Source of the DNA: Lytechinus pictus
Taxonomy: Eukaryota
Assembly (NCBI RefSeq): GCF_037042905.1
Contig: NC_087263.1
Span: 13,456,001-13,520,000 of the forward strand
Length of the DNA stretch: 64,000 bases
Reading direction: 5' to 3'
Both the position numbers and the translations under genes were made by a program. Of this stretch, positions 50,001 to 61,169 are shown piece by piece. The notes under the pieces are model-generated. The model was not told the origin of the DNA and made no database searches. It was given only the letters and a program-made list of their open reading frames with translations. Each line of letters starts with the position of its first letter. Positions within the stretch are counted from its first letter, which is position 1.

Positions 50001-50980
50001 CCACAACACTGTGCAGCATTATCATGACTATGGAGAATGTACTGTGTCACCCGCATGCTCTATGGAGCAGCAGTCATTAACTTTACAAAGGGTATGCTAA
50101 AGAGACTCGACCAGTCACAGCTTCAACTGTTCAAGCAGATTCTTGGTCTACCCAAGTCTGCAGCTGATGAATCGGTACACCTTCTGACTGGACTAATACC
50201 TATCAGTGCGCAAATGGATGTTGTGAAGCTTCAGTTGATAGGGCAGTTGCTTGATCTACCTCACTAACGCTTCGAATATTGCACCTTTCTTCATGCCCTC
50301 TCCAAGCAAACGGTCACAATCAGAGCCTGGCAAACCATCCTTTTGAAAAATTAGCTACCAGACCTTCACTCACTTACACTGGACCCGATTCCTTACTTTC
50401 AATGGAAGAAAACAGTAAAAACGGCAGTAAACAACGTGATCATACTTGATACCTTGGAGGCGATCCAAGCAAAGTAAACGCTCTCATTCTGGACCTCCAC
50501 CAACATTCGGAACCCCTACCACCTGTATCCCCACTGTGGCAGCTCGAGATTTCTCAGGCAAGCAGTAGTTGTTAGAGCACAGCTACTAAGCCAGACATAT
50601 CCAGTGCAAGCAATGCTTGTGAAATTAAAGAAGACCACAATAGTCAAATGCAGGCTCTGCAGGAAAGAAGCAGAAGGCATTGTCCATTTTACAGCATCAT
50701 GTTTTCACCTAGACACTCACAGACAAGAATTCTGCAATAAGCTTAGAAGTAAACGCCTGCCAGATGAAATCTACTCCCTCTATGATACAACCAAAGAAGA
50801 TGCATTCACAACAGCGGTGTTACTCCCATGCTCTCTTTACCTCACCTCCGAACTAAATGGTGAGCTTATTTTGCTTACATTGACTTTCCTTTATAGACTC
50901 CATATTAGCCGTATTACATCTCTTTCCTCTCTGTAATCATTAACTGCTGATGGACATTCATTATGCAGCACCCTGCATGT
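47007..50980 (+). mobile_element. Degenerate non-LTR retrotransposon (RTE-X-like): APE, RT and C-terminal CCHC
   Basis: INCYIPS, IAGDFDA, SDH (endonuclease); LQFGFQK, LLDAEKA, QGVRQGGV, ADDVILL (RT); CRLCRKEAEGIVHFTASC; many stops and frameshifts. Confidence 0.85.
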
Positions 50981-53900
50981 CTTTTTACAATACATATCAG
51001 CGTGCTGTTAACAATTTAAATATGAATGCAATATCGCGTATGTTGTCTCCTAGTATCTTAGATGAAAATTCATATCGGCAAAATCAGTCATATTATACAC
51101 ATGAGGCTTTTAAAAATGCTTTCTATGATAATCAAACTACCAGTGTGAATGAGAAATTTTCGATGATTCATTTTAATTGCAGAAGTATATTGAAGAATTT
51201 TGATGATATTATTGCATTATTTAACTACCTATCTATTAAGTTGTCTATAATTGGTGTAAGTGAAACTTGGTTAAAAGACGATAGTGTGCAATGCAATATT
51301 GATGGTTATAATTTTCTGTCTAATAATAGAAAAAATAAGAGAGGTGGAGGAGTCGGTATATATGTTAGGGATGATCTTGTTTTTAAATCTAGAAAAGATA
51401 TTGAAATTAATGATGTATATATTGAAAGCATTTTTGTCGAAGTGGAAATCACACAGAATAAAAGTATTATATTAGGGGTTTTTTATAGGCCACCTGATCA
51501 ATCAGTTTCTTTGTTTTTAAAAATGCACTTGATAATATTTTCCATAGTTTGAGGAGTGAAAATAAAAGCCTATATTTCCTTGGTGATTTTAATATTGATT
51601 TATTAATGGTTTCCTCTTCTCAACATGTTAATAAGTTCTTAGACATTTTGATGACAAATTCCTTATTTCCATTGATACATTATCCCACTCGTGTAAGTTC
51701 ACATTCGGCAACATTAATTGACAACATTTTTACAAATGATTTAACAAAACTGTCGAGTGGAGTAATATTAGATGACATTAGTGACCATCTTCCTATATTC
51801 TGTATATGTCATAATCTGATTTTTAAAGGTAAGACAAATGATATTTTGAAAAGGACGATAAATGAAGTTAGTATTAGCAAGTTTTATCAATGTTTAGAGC
51901 AAATATCCTGGAACTTAGATGAGAAAGACCCAAATCTTGCTTACAATTCTTTTATAGATAAATTTCTAGAAATATACAATAAATGTTTTCCTTTGCATAA
52001 AGTACGTATTAAAAATAAATCTTTTTCTAAACCATGGATTGACAAAGAGTTGATTAAAAAGATAAAGAAAAAGTGGAAAGCCTATAGAAAATATTTAAAG
52101 AATCCAACCGATTATAGAAAAAAGGTTTATAAGGAATATAGGAACATGGTCACAAATGAAATGAAAAAGAAAAAATATGCTTACTACAAAAATAAATTCA
52201 ACAGTAACAAGAATAATATAAAAGTGACATGGAAAATTGTAAATCAAGCTCTCGGATCTCGATCTAGTAAAAAATGTTCTAATATATCAAACTTAAATGT
52301 TAACAACTCAATTATTACTGATAAAGCTGATATGTGTGATATTTTTAATAACTATTTTGTTGATATCGGTTATAATCTTACTAATACTGAACATTATTCT
52401 GGTAATTATCAACAGCCAGACTTTTCATGGAATATCCGTTCTGCTTATTTTACTCCAATAACTTGTAATGAAATATTAAATATTGTATCTTCTTTTAAAA
52501 ACGGAACGAGTGCAGGGTATGATGAAATTGATGTTAATGTTGTTAAGAAAATAATTCCAATCATTTGTTCACCTCTTCGTTCAATTTTTAATTTGTCTAT
52601 ATCCAAAGGTCTCTTTCCAGATAAGCTCAAAATAGCAAAGGTCATTCCTGTTTTTAAAAATGGTCGTGAAGATGACGTCTCAAATTATCGTCCAATTTCA
52701 GTTCTTCCTTTGTTTTCTAAGATTTTTGAACGATGTCTATATAAAAGACTATACCAATGTCTCACTTCTTCTAATATTTTACACAATGGTCAGTATGGCT
52801 TCCGTAAGGATTACTCCGCATCGATGGCTCTTCTTGATTTTATTCATAAAGTTTCTGATTCTATTGATTCCAAAAAATATATGATTGGTTTATTTCTCGA
52901 TTTAAGCAAGGCTTTCGATACGTTAGACCATAATATTTTAATGAAAAAAACTATATGCTTATGGAATTCGCGGTTTACTCTGGGAACTATTTAATAATTA
53001 TTTATCACATCGTTTTCAGTTTGTATCAATTTGTAATAATAATTCATGTTTGAAACCGATTCGATGCGGAGTACCCCAAGGATCTATTCTATGCCCCTTA
53101 CTTTTTTTGTTATATATTAATGATGTTTGCAATTCATCTAAACTATTACATTTCATTTTATATGCTGACGACACCAGTGTATTCATGTCTCATCACAATA
53201 TTGTTTCTTTGCAGGATAATTTTAATAATGAATTAGAAAAACTAAATAACTGGTTGATTAACAATCGATTAGTTTTAAACATAACTAAGACAAAATTTAT
53301 GATATTTACAAAGAAAATAATTGAGAAAGATAGAGTGGAAATAAGATTCAACAATTCAACTATACAATGCGTTTCATTTTTTAAATTTTTAGGAGTTTAT
53401 ATAGATGATAAACTCTCGTGGCATGAACACATTGGTGGCGTTTGCAATCGTGTTTCTAAAGGTGTTGGTATTTTATATAGATTAAAACATTTTCCGCAAT
53501 ATATTTTGATTATGTTATATTATGCTTTAATTTTCTCACATATTAATTACTGCAATATTGTTTGGTCTAACTCCGCTGATTGTTTTATAAACATATTATA
53601 TATACTTCAGAAAAAGGCAGTGAGGATAATTTGTAATAGCCCTTATAATGCCCATACCTTGCCACTTTTTCATGATCTTCATTTACTTACTTTGTCTGAT
53701 TTAAATAGGTTTAACATCGCAATATTTATGTATCTTTGTTCTAAATCACTTATTCCTGATTCCATTATGTCTAAATTTTGCCTTAATTTTTCGATTCATC
53801 AACACAATACCCGCAGTCTATTTAATTATCATTTACCACGAGTACGTACCTCAGTTTCTCATAACTCAATTTATTTTCAAGGACCTATTCTTTGGAATAA

Positions 53901-54245
53901 TTTACCACATTCTATTAAAACATGCCGAACCCTCAATTCTTTCAAACGTTATTATAAATTACATCTTTTAAGTTTGTATTCTTAATTTGCTTGTATAACT
54001 ACGCTATATATTTTGAATGTATGTGTTAATATATGTTTTCATTTATGTTATCTTTTTTTTGGTATATTTATTGATTTTGTCTTATAGTTGTTGGGTCAAC
54101 GCTCAATAAGGCTATCTGCTCTTTTTTGTTGGCCCCTCATTCTCATAAATATGTTTTTTGTATGTTGTCACAATGTTTTACTTATGTACCTTATGTATGT
54201 TGTTCATGTTTTTATTGAGAGTGTAAATAAATTGAATTGAATTGA
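50981..54245 (+). mobile_element. CR1-group LINE, near-complete ORF2 with two frameshifts
   Basis: HFNCRS, GVSETWL, GGGVGIYV, YRPP, GDFNI, SDHLP, LDLSKAFD, GVPQGS, YADDT; frameshifts at ~51520-51540 and ~52945; 3' stem-loop and (ATTGA)n tail. Confidence 0.92.
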
Positions 54246-54303
54246 TCTGCCGTCGGAAAAGCGGCGCCGATAGTCTCAGTCTGCTATGCAGGTGAAACAA
54301 AAA
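54246..54303 (-). mobile_element. Further HINE head fragment
   Basis: Reverse complement TTTTTGTTTCACCTGCATAGCAGACTGAGACTATCGGCGCCGCTTTTCCGACGGC. Confidence 0.75.
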
Positions 54304-54649
54304 TCCAATTTATGCTTAATTTCAGGCAACAATCCAGAAATGTATGGTAATTATGCTGGTACCATTCCATAATAATTAGGTTAAATCATTTCTTCTGTCC
54401 TAATAATATCGCCTTCAATTTTGGACGAAACATGAGTGAAAAAAGACATACATACATTCACTCTGAAACTGCATTTATGAACAAAATAACTAGAATTTTC
54501 ACATCGAGTATTCAGAGAAAATGTAGATTATAATTACAATACAATGAAAGAATTATAAAATCACAAAATGAATTCATAAAATAACATAACTATCTCATTT
54601 TGTAAAAGTACATTGTTTTGTGCGATAGATTAATGCGTCCGTTTTATTT

Positions 54650-57230
54650 TTATTTAATACATACATACATAACAGGTACGTAAATAGCACTTTACCAAAA
54701 TATGATCAAAGCGCTTTACAATAAATAACTAATAATAACAATGAAATTACATTAAACAGCGATTAAAAATATATATACGGGGACTGGTGCCTGATCTGAA
54801 TGCCCTGTTCACCCGCAGTTTAAGGAACTTGCCCAGAAGGCAATCCGGCAGGTTCATAACTCACAAGGGCTCTAAAAACACCAGGCCTAAGCTTACGAAA
54901 GAGAACTAAACGTGAATATTTAAACCAATAGTTACACCAACAAATCAGATAAGAAGAAAAAAATTCAACTAAGGAAATAAATGTGTTTTAAGCAGAGATT
55001 TAAAAGTTTTAAACTTGTCAGCAGATCATAGTGTTACAGGCAGTTTAATCCATAATTTGGGCACAAAATTAGCAAATGCTTTATCACCATATAAACTAAA
55101 ACTTCTTTTGTGTGTAAGGAGGTATTGGTCAGCATGTGATCTAAGGAATCTAGTATTGCCCATATGAATGTAATTACTGATTATGTCTGATAGATAACCA
55201 GGTGCTTCCCCCATACGTGCTTTAAAAACAAGAGCAAGAATCTTGAAAACAATGCGTTCAGAGACTGGAAGCCAATGCAACTACTGTAATAATGGCTAAG
55301 TATGTTCCCTACGATTTACCTTAAAAATAAGTCTAGCTGATCTATTTTGAACGGTCTGCAGTTTTTAAATGTCTTTAACATTAATGCCGTATAGGGGTGA
55401 ATTACAGTAGTCTAGACGTGAGAGAACAAGTGATCTAACTACATGAGTACACGTATTTTCATCGATATAGCGACGTATGCTTCCAATATTGAGCAGATTA
55501 AAATTCAAGGAGCGTGCAAGAGAGGTATCATGATTTAACATAATCATGTTATTATAAAAATAAAGACCAAGATTACGAACAGAATTGGATGGCTTTATTT
55601 GTGTACCACAAACATCCAAGGAAACATTATTAAGATAATTCATATTATGGGAAGAAGCTGCTATAAAGAACTTTGTTTTTTCCTCATTAACTTCAGTTTA
55701 TTGACAGTCATCCATGATTTTAATTCTCTAATACATACTTGAAGCTTATGCAATGCAACGACAGTGTCACCGGGTATTTTTTGATCGAATTCAATGTAAA
55801 TCTGCGTGTCATTTGGATAGATATGGTATTTTAGGTTGTGACTCTCGATCATTTTACCAAGTGGATAGGTATAGTATCTACACATTCCTGGGCCAATCAC
55901 AGATCCTTGTGGCACACCAAATTGTAAGGTATGCTCATATCCATGAATTCCGAAAAAATTGTGTGAGTCTTTTGTCATAAATATCAAAATCAATCCTGTC
56001 AAAAGCGGCACTAAGATCTAACAAAATTACAAATACAGCTTTGCGGTTATCGAAAGCACACAACATGTCTTTTTTAACTCTCAGCAGAGCAGTTTCAGTG
56101 CCATGTTGTGGTTTGTAAACGGATTGATATGGATTCAGTAATTTATTGTCTGACATGTGTGAGTGTGTAACTGAGACACACTTTTCCATAATTTTTTAGA
56201 AGGATTTAAGATTGAAAAATGGTATATAATTATTTAAGTGATTCATATCAAGAGATGCTTTTTAATGACAGGTGTAATAATCGCTTGTTTCAAAGATACA
56301 GGGAACTCACTAGAAGTGAGAGATAAATTAATTATAGCTGTTAGTGGTGGAATTATAGGTGATATACATTGTTTCAAGAGCCATGTTGGAATAACATTAA
56401 GCTAACATGATTTATTTGGAAGTTTGCAGATTATTTTTCTAACATCTTCCTCTGACACAAGTGTGAATTTTGTCATGACTGCATCCTCATTAAGAGTATC
56501 AACAGTAACTTGACTGTGTGTGTTGAACTCTAAATGTTGACCATCAATATCTGCAATTTTATCCTGGAAAAAAGTCAGCAAAAGAGTTGCTCAATTTATC
56601 ATAATCGTCACAAACAGGTAAGACTTTCTTCCCTTTATTAAGGAAGCTATTCAAAATTTTAAACATGGCCTTACTGTCAGCAGTTGTTAATTTAGTCTTG
56701 TAGAAAGTCTCCTTAGCACTAATTATTAGCTTGTTTACTTTGATATGTTGTTCTTTATAAGCCTTACGAGTTTCATCAGAGTTATGTTTTTGCATCTATC
56801 GTTCTAACCTACGCCAAACCCGACGGGCATCTCTAATATCATCATTATACCACGGACAAAGTGGTCGAGTAGTTCTTACCCTGGTAGTTGGTGGAGAATG
56901 TGAATTAATGACCTTCAAAATAATCTTCTCAAAAGTGTCACAGACTGTATTGACATTACTTGCGTCATTGATTTCTAATTTAGAGAACTCATTTATTAAA
57001 GAGATCACTTTTAAAACTATCCATATCAATATTTCTGTATTTTCGGGTTGTAGAAACAATTGATTGTTTGGCTGGCCTTTGTTTGGATATATCAAATTCC
57101 ACGACATAATGATCAGATCCAAGACACTTTCTCACGCCACAATTATGAATAATGCTACCTCCTTCCCGAGGTCAAGAATATGACCATGATCATGGGTGGA
57201 TTCAGGAACATGTTGGAAAATACATTGTAT
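54650..57230 (-). mobile_element. Degenerate L2-clade LINE
   Basis: HGTETALLRV, LLDLSAAFD, GVPQGSVIGP, SRLDYCNS, HWLPVSERIVFKI; 3' AAAGCGCTTTGA...(TATG)n tail. Confidence 0.9.
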
Positions 57231-57491
57231 ATCTTTTTTTTTGCGGGGAGGGGTCTTTTTTATACGTTATTTTTGTATTTACATTGATACATAAAGAAGG
57301 AAAAAGGATAGAGAGGTCCAATTGTCCAATAAGAACCCACATAGATTATTGATCAAAACAGAAATCATGAATAGAAATCCTCCGAACATTAATTTTTCCC
57401 TACTGAGACAACACACATAGATGCAACGATAAATATTGTTTGTTTAAAAAAAAAACGTGGCTCGAGAAAAGAAGATAAAGAAATAACTAAC

Positions 57492-57596
57492 CACAATTTG
57501 TTCCAGTGTAATTTTCAGGACAATCACAAGTGTAAGAGTTGATACCATCCACACAGGTCCCACGTATACAGGGGTTCGATGCACATTCGTTGATAT
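57492..57596 (-). CDS. Calcium-binding EGF exon (copy A)
   Basis: ttacAG| (D)[41 protein letters not shown]; phase 1-1. Confidence 0.88.
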
Positions 57597-57702
57597 CTGT
57601 AAATATATTAATAATATAAATGATTGATTTAAGAACGGAGGTAGCTGGATTTTTTTATGTTTATTGCGCATTGTCCTGTATCATTAATAGGATTGATTTT
57701 AC

Positions 57703-57777
57703 CTGTTGAGAAGTTAATTCCAGTATAGCCAGGAGCAGAGTTACAAGGATCAGAGTTGATACATTCATCGCAAGTTC
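57703..57777 (-). pseudogene. Degenerate EGF exon (Cys lost), possibly still spliced
   Basis: GTCDECINSDPCNSAPGYTGINFST; donor G|GTAAAA intact, weak AAG acceptor, 75 nt in frame. Confidence 0.5.
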
Positions 57778-58632
57778 CTTCACAGATTGAATGATAGTAT
57801 TCTACTCATAGAATATATTTTCCTTTAAGTTCAATAATTAAATTAAAACAAAATGCTCAATATAATATATTTTAATGAAGTGAAATGAAGACCTTCTGGA
57901 ATACCTATCTTATTATTGAAGTTTCCACACACACAAAAAACGTTTATGTGACATAATAACAAATACGAATATTCAATATTTCTTTAATATATAAATTATT
58001 TCACGTTTACCTTCATGCAAAATAAAATATCAATGTAATTAACCTAATTTATCATAAATAATAATCATAATTGTAATCTCCCAAAAATAATGAATTAATG
58101 CGGCTGAAGAACTTATTGAACAAAAGAAAAGAAAAAAGTTATCAACAAAATTTAATATATTCCGTCAAAAAGACTGTTGTACTTTTCTTTTATTTAGTGA
58201 TATTGATATCCAGTAGGCCTAGAAACTCTTAAATGCATTTTGCGAAGTGTTCGATTGTTCCTTTTCTTTGAAAGTCCCAATAGTGTCCCCGAGATGCAAG
58301 AACGTAGTAGTTTAGCAGTTGTAATACTTCATTCTATTTTACTTTATTCGGGCAAATACAAAACAAATATGTCATCAAATCAACTACAGATAAATAATAA
58401 AAGTTATACAATAGTAACATCAGCTTGTATGGAAATGACCGATCCACTGAGGACTATTACGTAACTTCTATTTTCATATTAAGGTCTGGAGGAACTACTT
58501 GTTGGAAGTTGTGCATCCACGTCATTCGTTTGATTTGTTTGTGATATCTTCCCACCGATCGTCCTCGGGATGCACGAATGTCAAGTTAAATTCATTTATA
58601 CAGTTCATCTCACTTCGTATTATTTCACTTAC

Positions 58633-58815
58633 CCTGACATTTGGGAAATAGTTCAGAGAAATATCCGGTGCTTGTGCAGTTAACAGATGATGGCCCAATT
58701 AGTTCATAACCAGTTTGACAAGAAAAGGTGCATTCTTGACTGTAGACTACTGGAAATCCATTTTCACACGATGAAAGTAAGGGGTCTTCTATCGATGATA
58801 CGTTGCATGTTAAAA
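58633..58815 (-). CDS. Sushi/CCP exon (selectin-like, 6 Cys); gene continues 5' beyond the window
   Basis: aaataAG| LTCNVSSIEDPLLSSCENGFPVVYSQECTFSCQTGYELIGPSSVNCTSTGYFSELFPKCQ G|GTAAGT; phase 1-1. Confidence 0.88.
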
Positions 58816-60029
58816 CTTATTTAACAACAAAAAAGAAAGAAGTAATAAACAAATATATTCTGTCAAAAAGAGTGTTTGTTGTAAATTTCTTCTAATTATT
58901 GATATTGGAATATAGTAGGAACTCTTTAAGTGCATTATGTGAAGTGATTGAGCTGTTCCTTTTCTTTGATATTCCCGACAGCCCCCCCCCCCCCACGCAA
59001 GAACGTAAAAGTTCGTTCAGGATTTGCACATGGTGTCACGCGCGTAAATGGCACTTTCGAAAAATTCTTTAAAAAATAAACGTAAAATTAGAGGGTCGAA
59101 TGTTTACTACCAATGGAGAGGATATGTATCTGACATTCCATATCTGACCAGGGAAGGGTATCGTAGCCAGCTCATTTTAAAAATCAATCGCCATTTATGA
59201 ATATAACTATGATGGGATCAAATTTATCAACTGAAACAGTAAAATAGCCCTAATTCTTTCGCCAGTCAAAAAATAGTTCCAAAGTCATTGATATATCTTC
59301 TCAATTTGGGCAAAAGAAGTTCAGTAGTTACCATTTCTATAATCAGTGTTAGATTTTAGATTTTTATTGAAAACTACTGGTGATCTGCGGTGATCTGATC
59401 TGAGAGTGCGAAAATGACTGATATAACTCTTATTTCATAATGCAAAGGACTTTGTTTCTCTGTTGTGTTACTTTGTTTATCGTGGAACAGTGAATTGGAA
59501 TTGTGAAATGTGATTTTTGAAGTTTGAAAGAGGATTTCTGAACTTTATGAAGGTGAGAGTACCTGGTGTGATACGTCCGTGTTATAGAGTACAGTGAATG
59601 GCTATAGTCCCATGTGTCTTATTCGTTGGAGTGCTAAGGTGACTATATACGTGACTATATACTTCATCAACCTATGTGCCTCAATATCTTTATATGCACG
59701 CCACATACTTTTAATTGCTACAAGAAAAACACTGTACATGAGTTAGCTGATGTTTTGATACCATTCTATAAATAGGCATATATTTACCCCGTTGCCTTTA
59801 GTTTATAGAGTTAACATCTGTCATCGAATATGTTTTGAAACTACTCTCTTTCTATCTGTGGAAATGTATTGGTGGAAAATGCACAATATGAAGAAGTCGG
59901 AATGGTAACATCAGCCATAGTAAACTCTGGTTGCCTAAACGTTTCATTTTCTACTATTGGATCTTTTAATTGATATTTTGTTGCTGAGTTATTACATCTC
60001 CCCTATAGGTTATAACTGAGCTTAGCATT

Positions 60030-60851
60030 ATGCCTGCCAAATCCAAGGCTGAAGAAGCCGCCATGAAAACTATTCAAGAATATCTCCAAAGCGACGATTA
60101 CTACGAAGGCATTGAGAAGGCGGTCGATAAAGCGATAGGCAAACAATTGGGTAAACTTAATAAACGATTGTCAAAGATTGAAAAAGTTCACGAAAACATC
60201 ATGGAGAGACTTGACCACAATGACGTCAAACTACTGGAGCTTGAGGCAATCTTGCAATCAAAGGAAGGTGAAATTACCAGATTAAATGATCAATTGCGTA
60301 ATCAACAATCATCTATAGACAACTTAAAAATGACCTTAAACGATGCTGACCAATACTCTCGTCGAAATTGTATAAAGTTCTACGGTGTTGAGGAGATGAA
60401 CCGTGAAGGGAATGCCCGTACGAGTGAAAACACCGATGACGTCATATGCAAGCTTGTGACTGAGCGTCTCGGGGTATCCCTGACCCCGAATGACATTGAC
60501 CGGTCACACCGGATCGCTGCTCCCAACCGTGACGAAGCAACCGAATCCACATCCGGCACAGCGCGAGCACCAACTAGGAAATCGAGACCAAGAGCGATAA
60601 TAGTGAAGCTCACCACTTATCGCAAGAGAGCTGAAATCCTAAAGATGCGCAGGAAGCTGAAGGGAAGTGGTATCGGGATCGATGAAGCATTGACGAAGAC
60701 CAACCAGGATCTACTCTATGCAGCTAAACAGCATCAGAAGGTGAAAGAAGCATGGACTTCAGATGGACGCGTAATCGTCTTACTACCGGCAACCAGAGGA
60801 AATACCATCAAACGTGTGATTCATAGCAAAGAAGAATTGAAGAAATTATGA
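60030..60851 (+). CDS. LINE ORF1 (coiled coil plus L1-type RRM-like domain)
   Basis: Heptad-rich N-half; DQYSRRNCIKFYGVEE, DIDRSHRI, RPRAIIVKL, IDEALT motifs. Confidence 0.88.
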   Translation: MPAKSKAEEAAMKTIQEYLQSDDYYEGIEKAVDKAIGKQLGKLNKRLSKIEKVHENIMERLDHNDVKLLELEAILQSKEGEITRLNDQLRNQQSSIDNLKMTLNDADQYSRRNCIKFYGVEEMNREGNARTSENTDDVICKLVTERLGVSLTPNDIDRSHRIAAPNRDEATESTSGTARAPTRKSRPRAIIVKLTTYRKRAEILKMRRKLKGSGIGIDEALTKTNQDLLYAAKQHQKVKEAWTSDGRVIVLLPATRGNTIKRVIHSKEELKKL

Positions 60852-61169
60852 TGAAAGAATGATTATGACAAGAACATAACACCGACATAACATCACTGGA
60901 CAGAGACAATGAAATTAATGAGAACAATGAAAAAAAAGTCATGAACACATAACTGTATATTCATTTTTTATCCACTGATGCATTTCATGCATTCTTTGTT
61001 ATATTTTTGGTTTCGTTCTCCCCCCCAATTTTCAAACTACATTTTATTCAGTTTTAGTATTGGTCTATTTGCAAAGACCATTTTAATGTGATTTTGATTT
61101 ACTGTTTGTTAGTTGTTTTTTTATTTTTCGTTTATTCTAATACTTATTTTGTTGTTGTTGAAAAATTAC

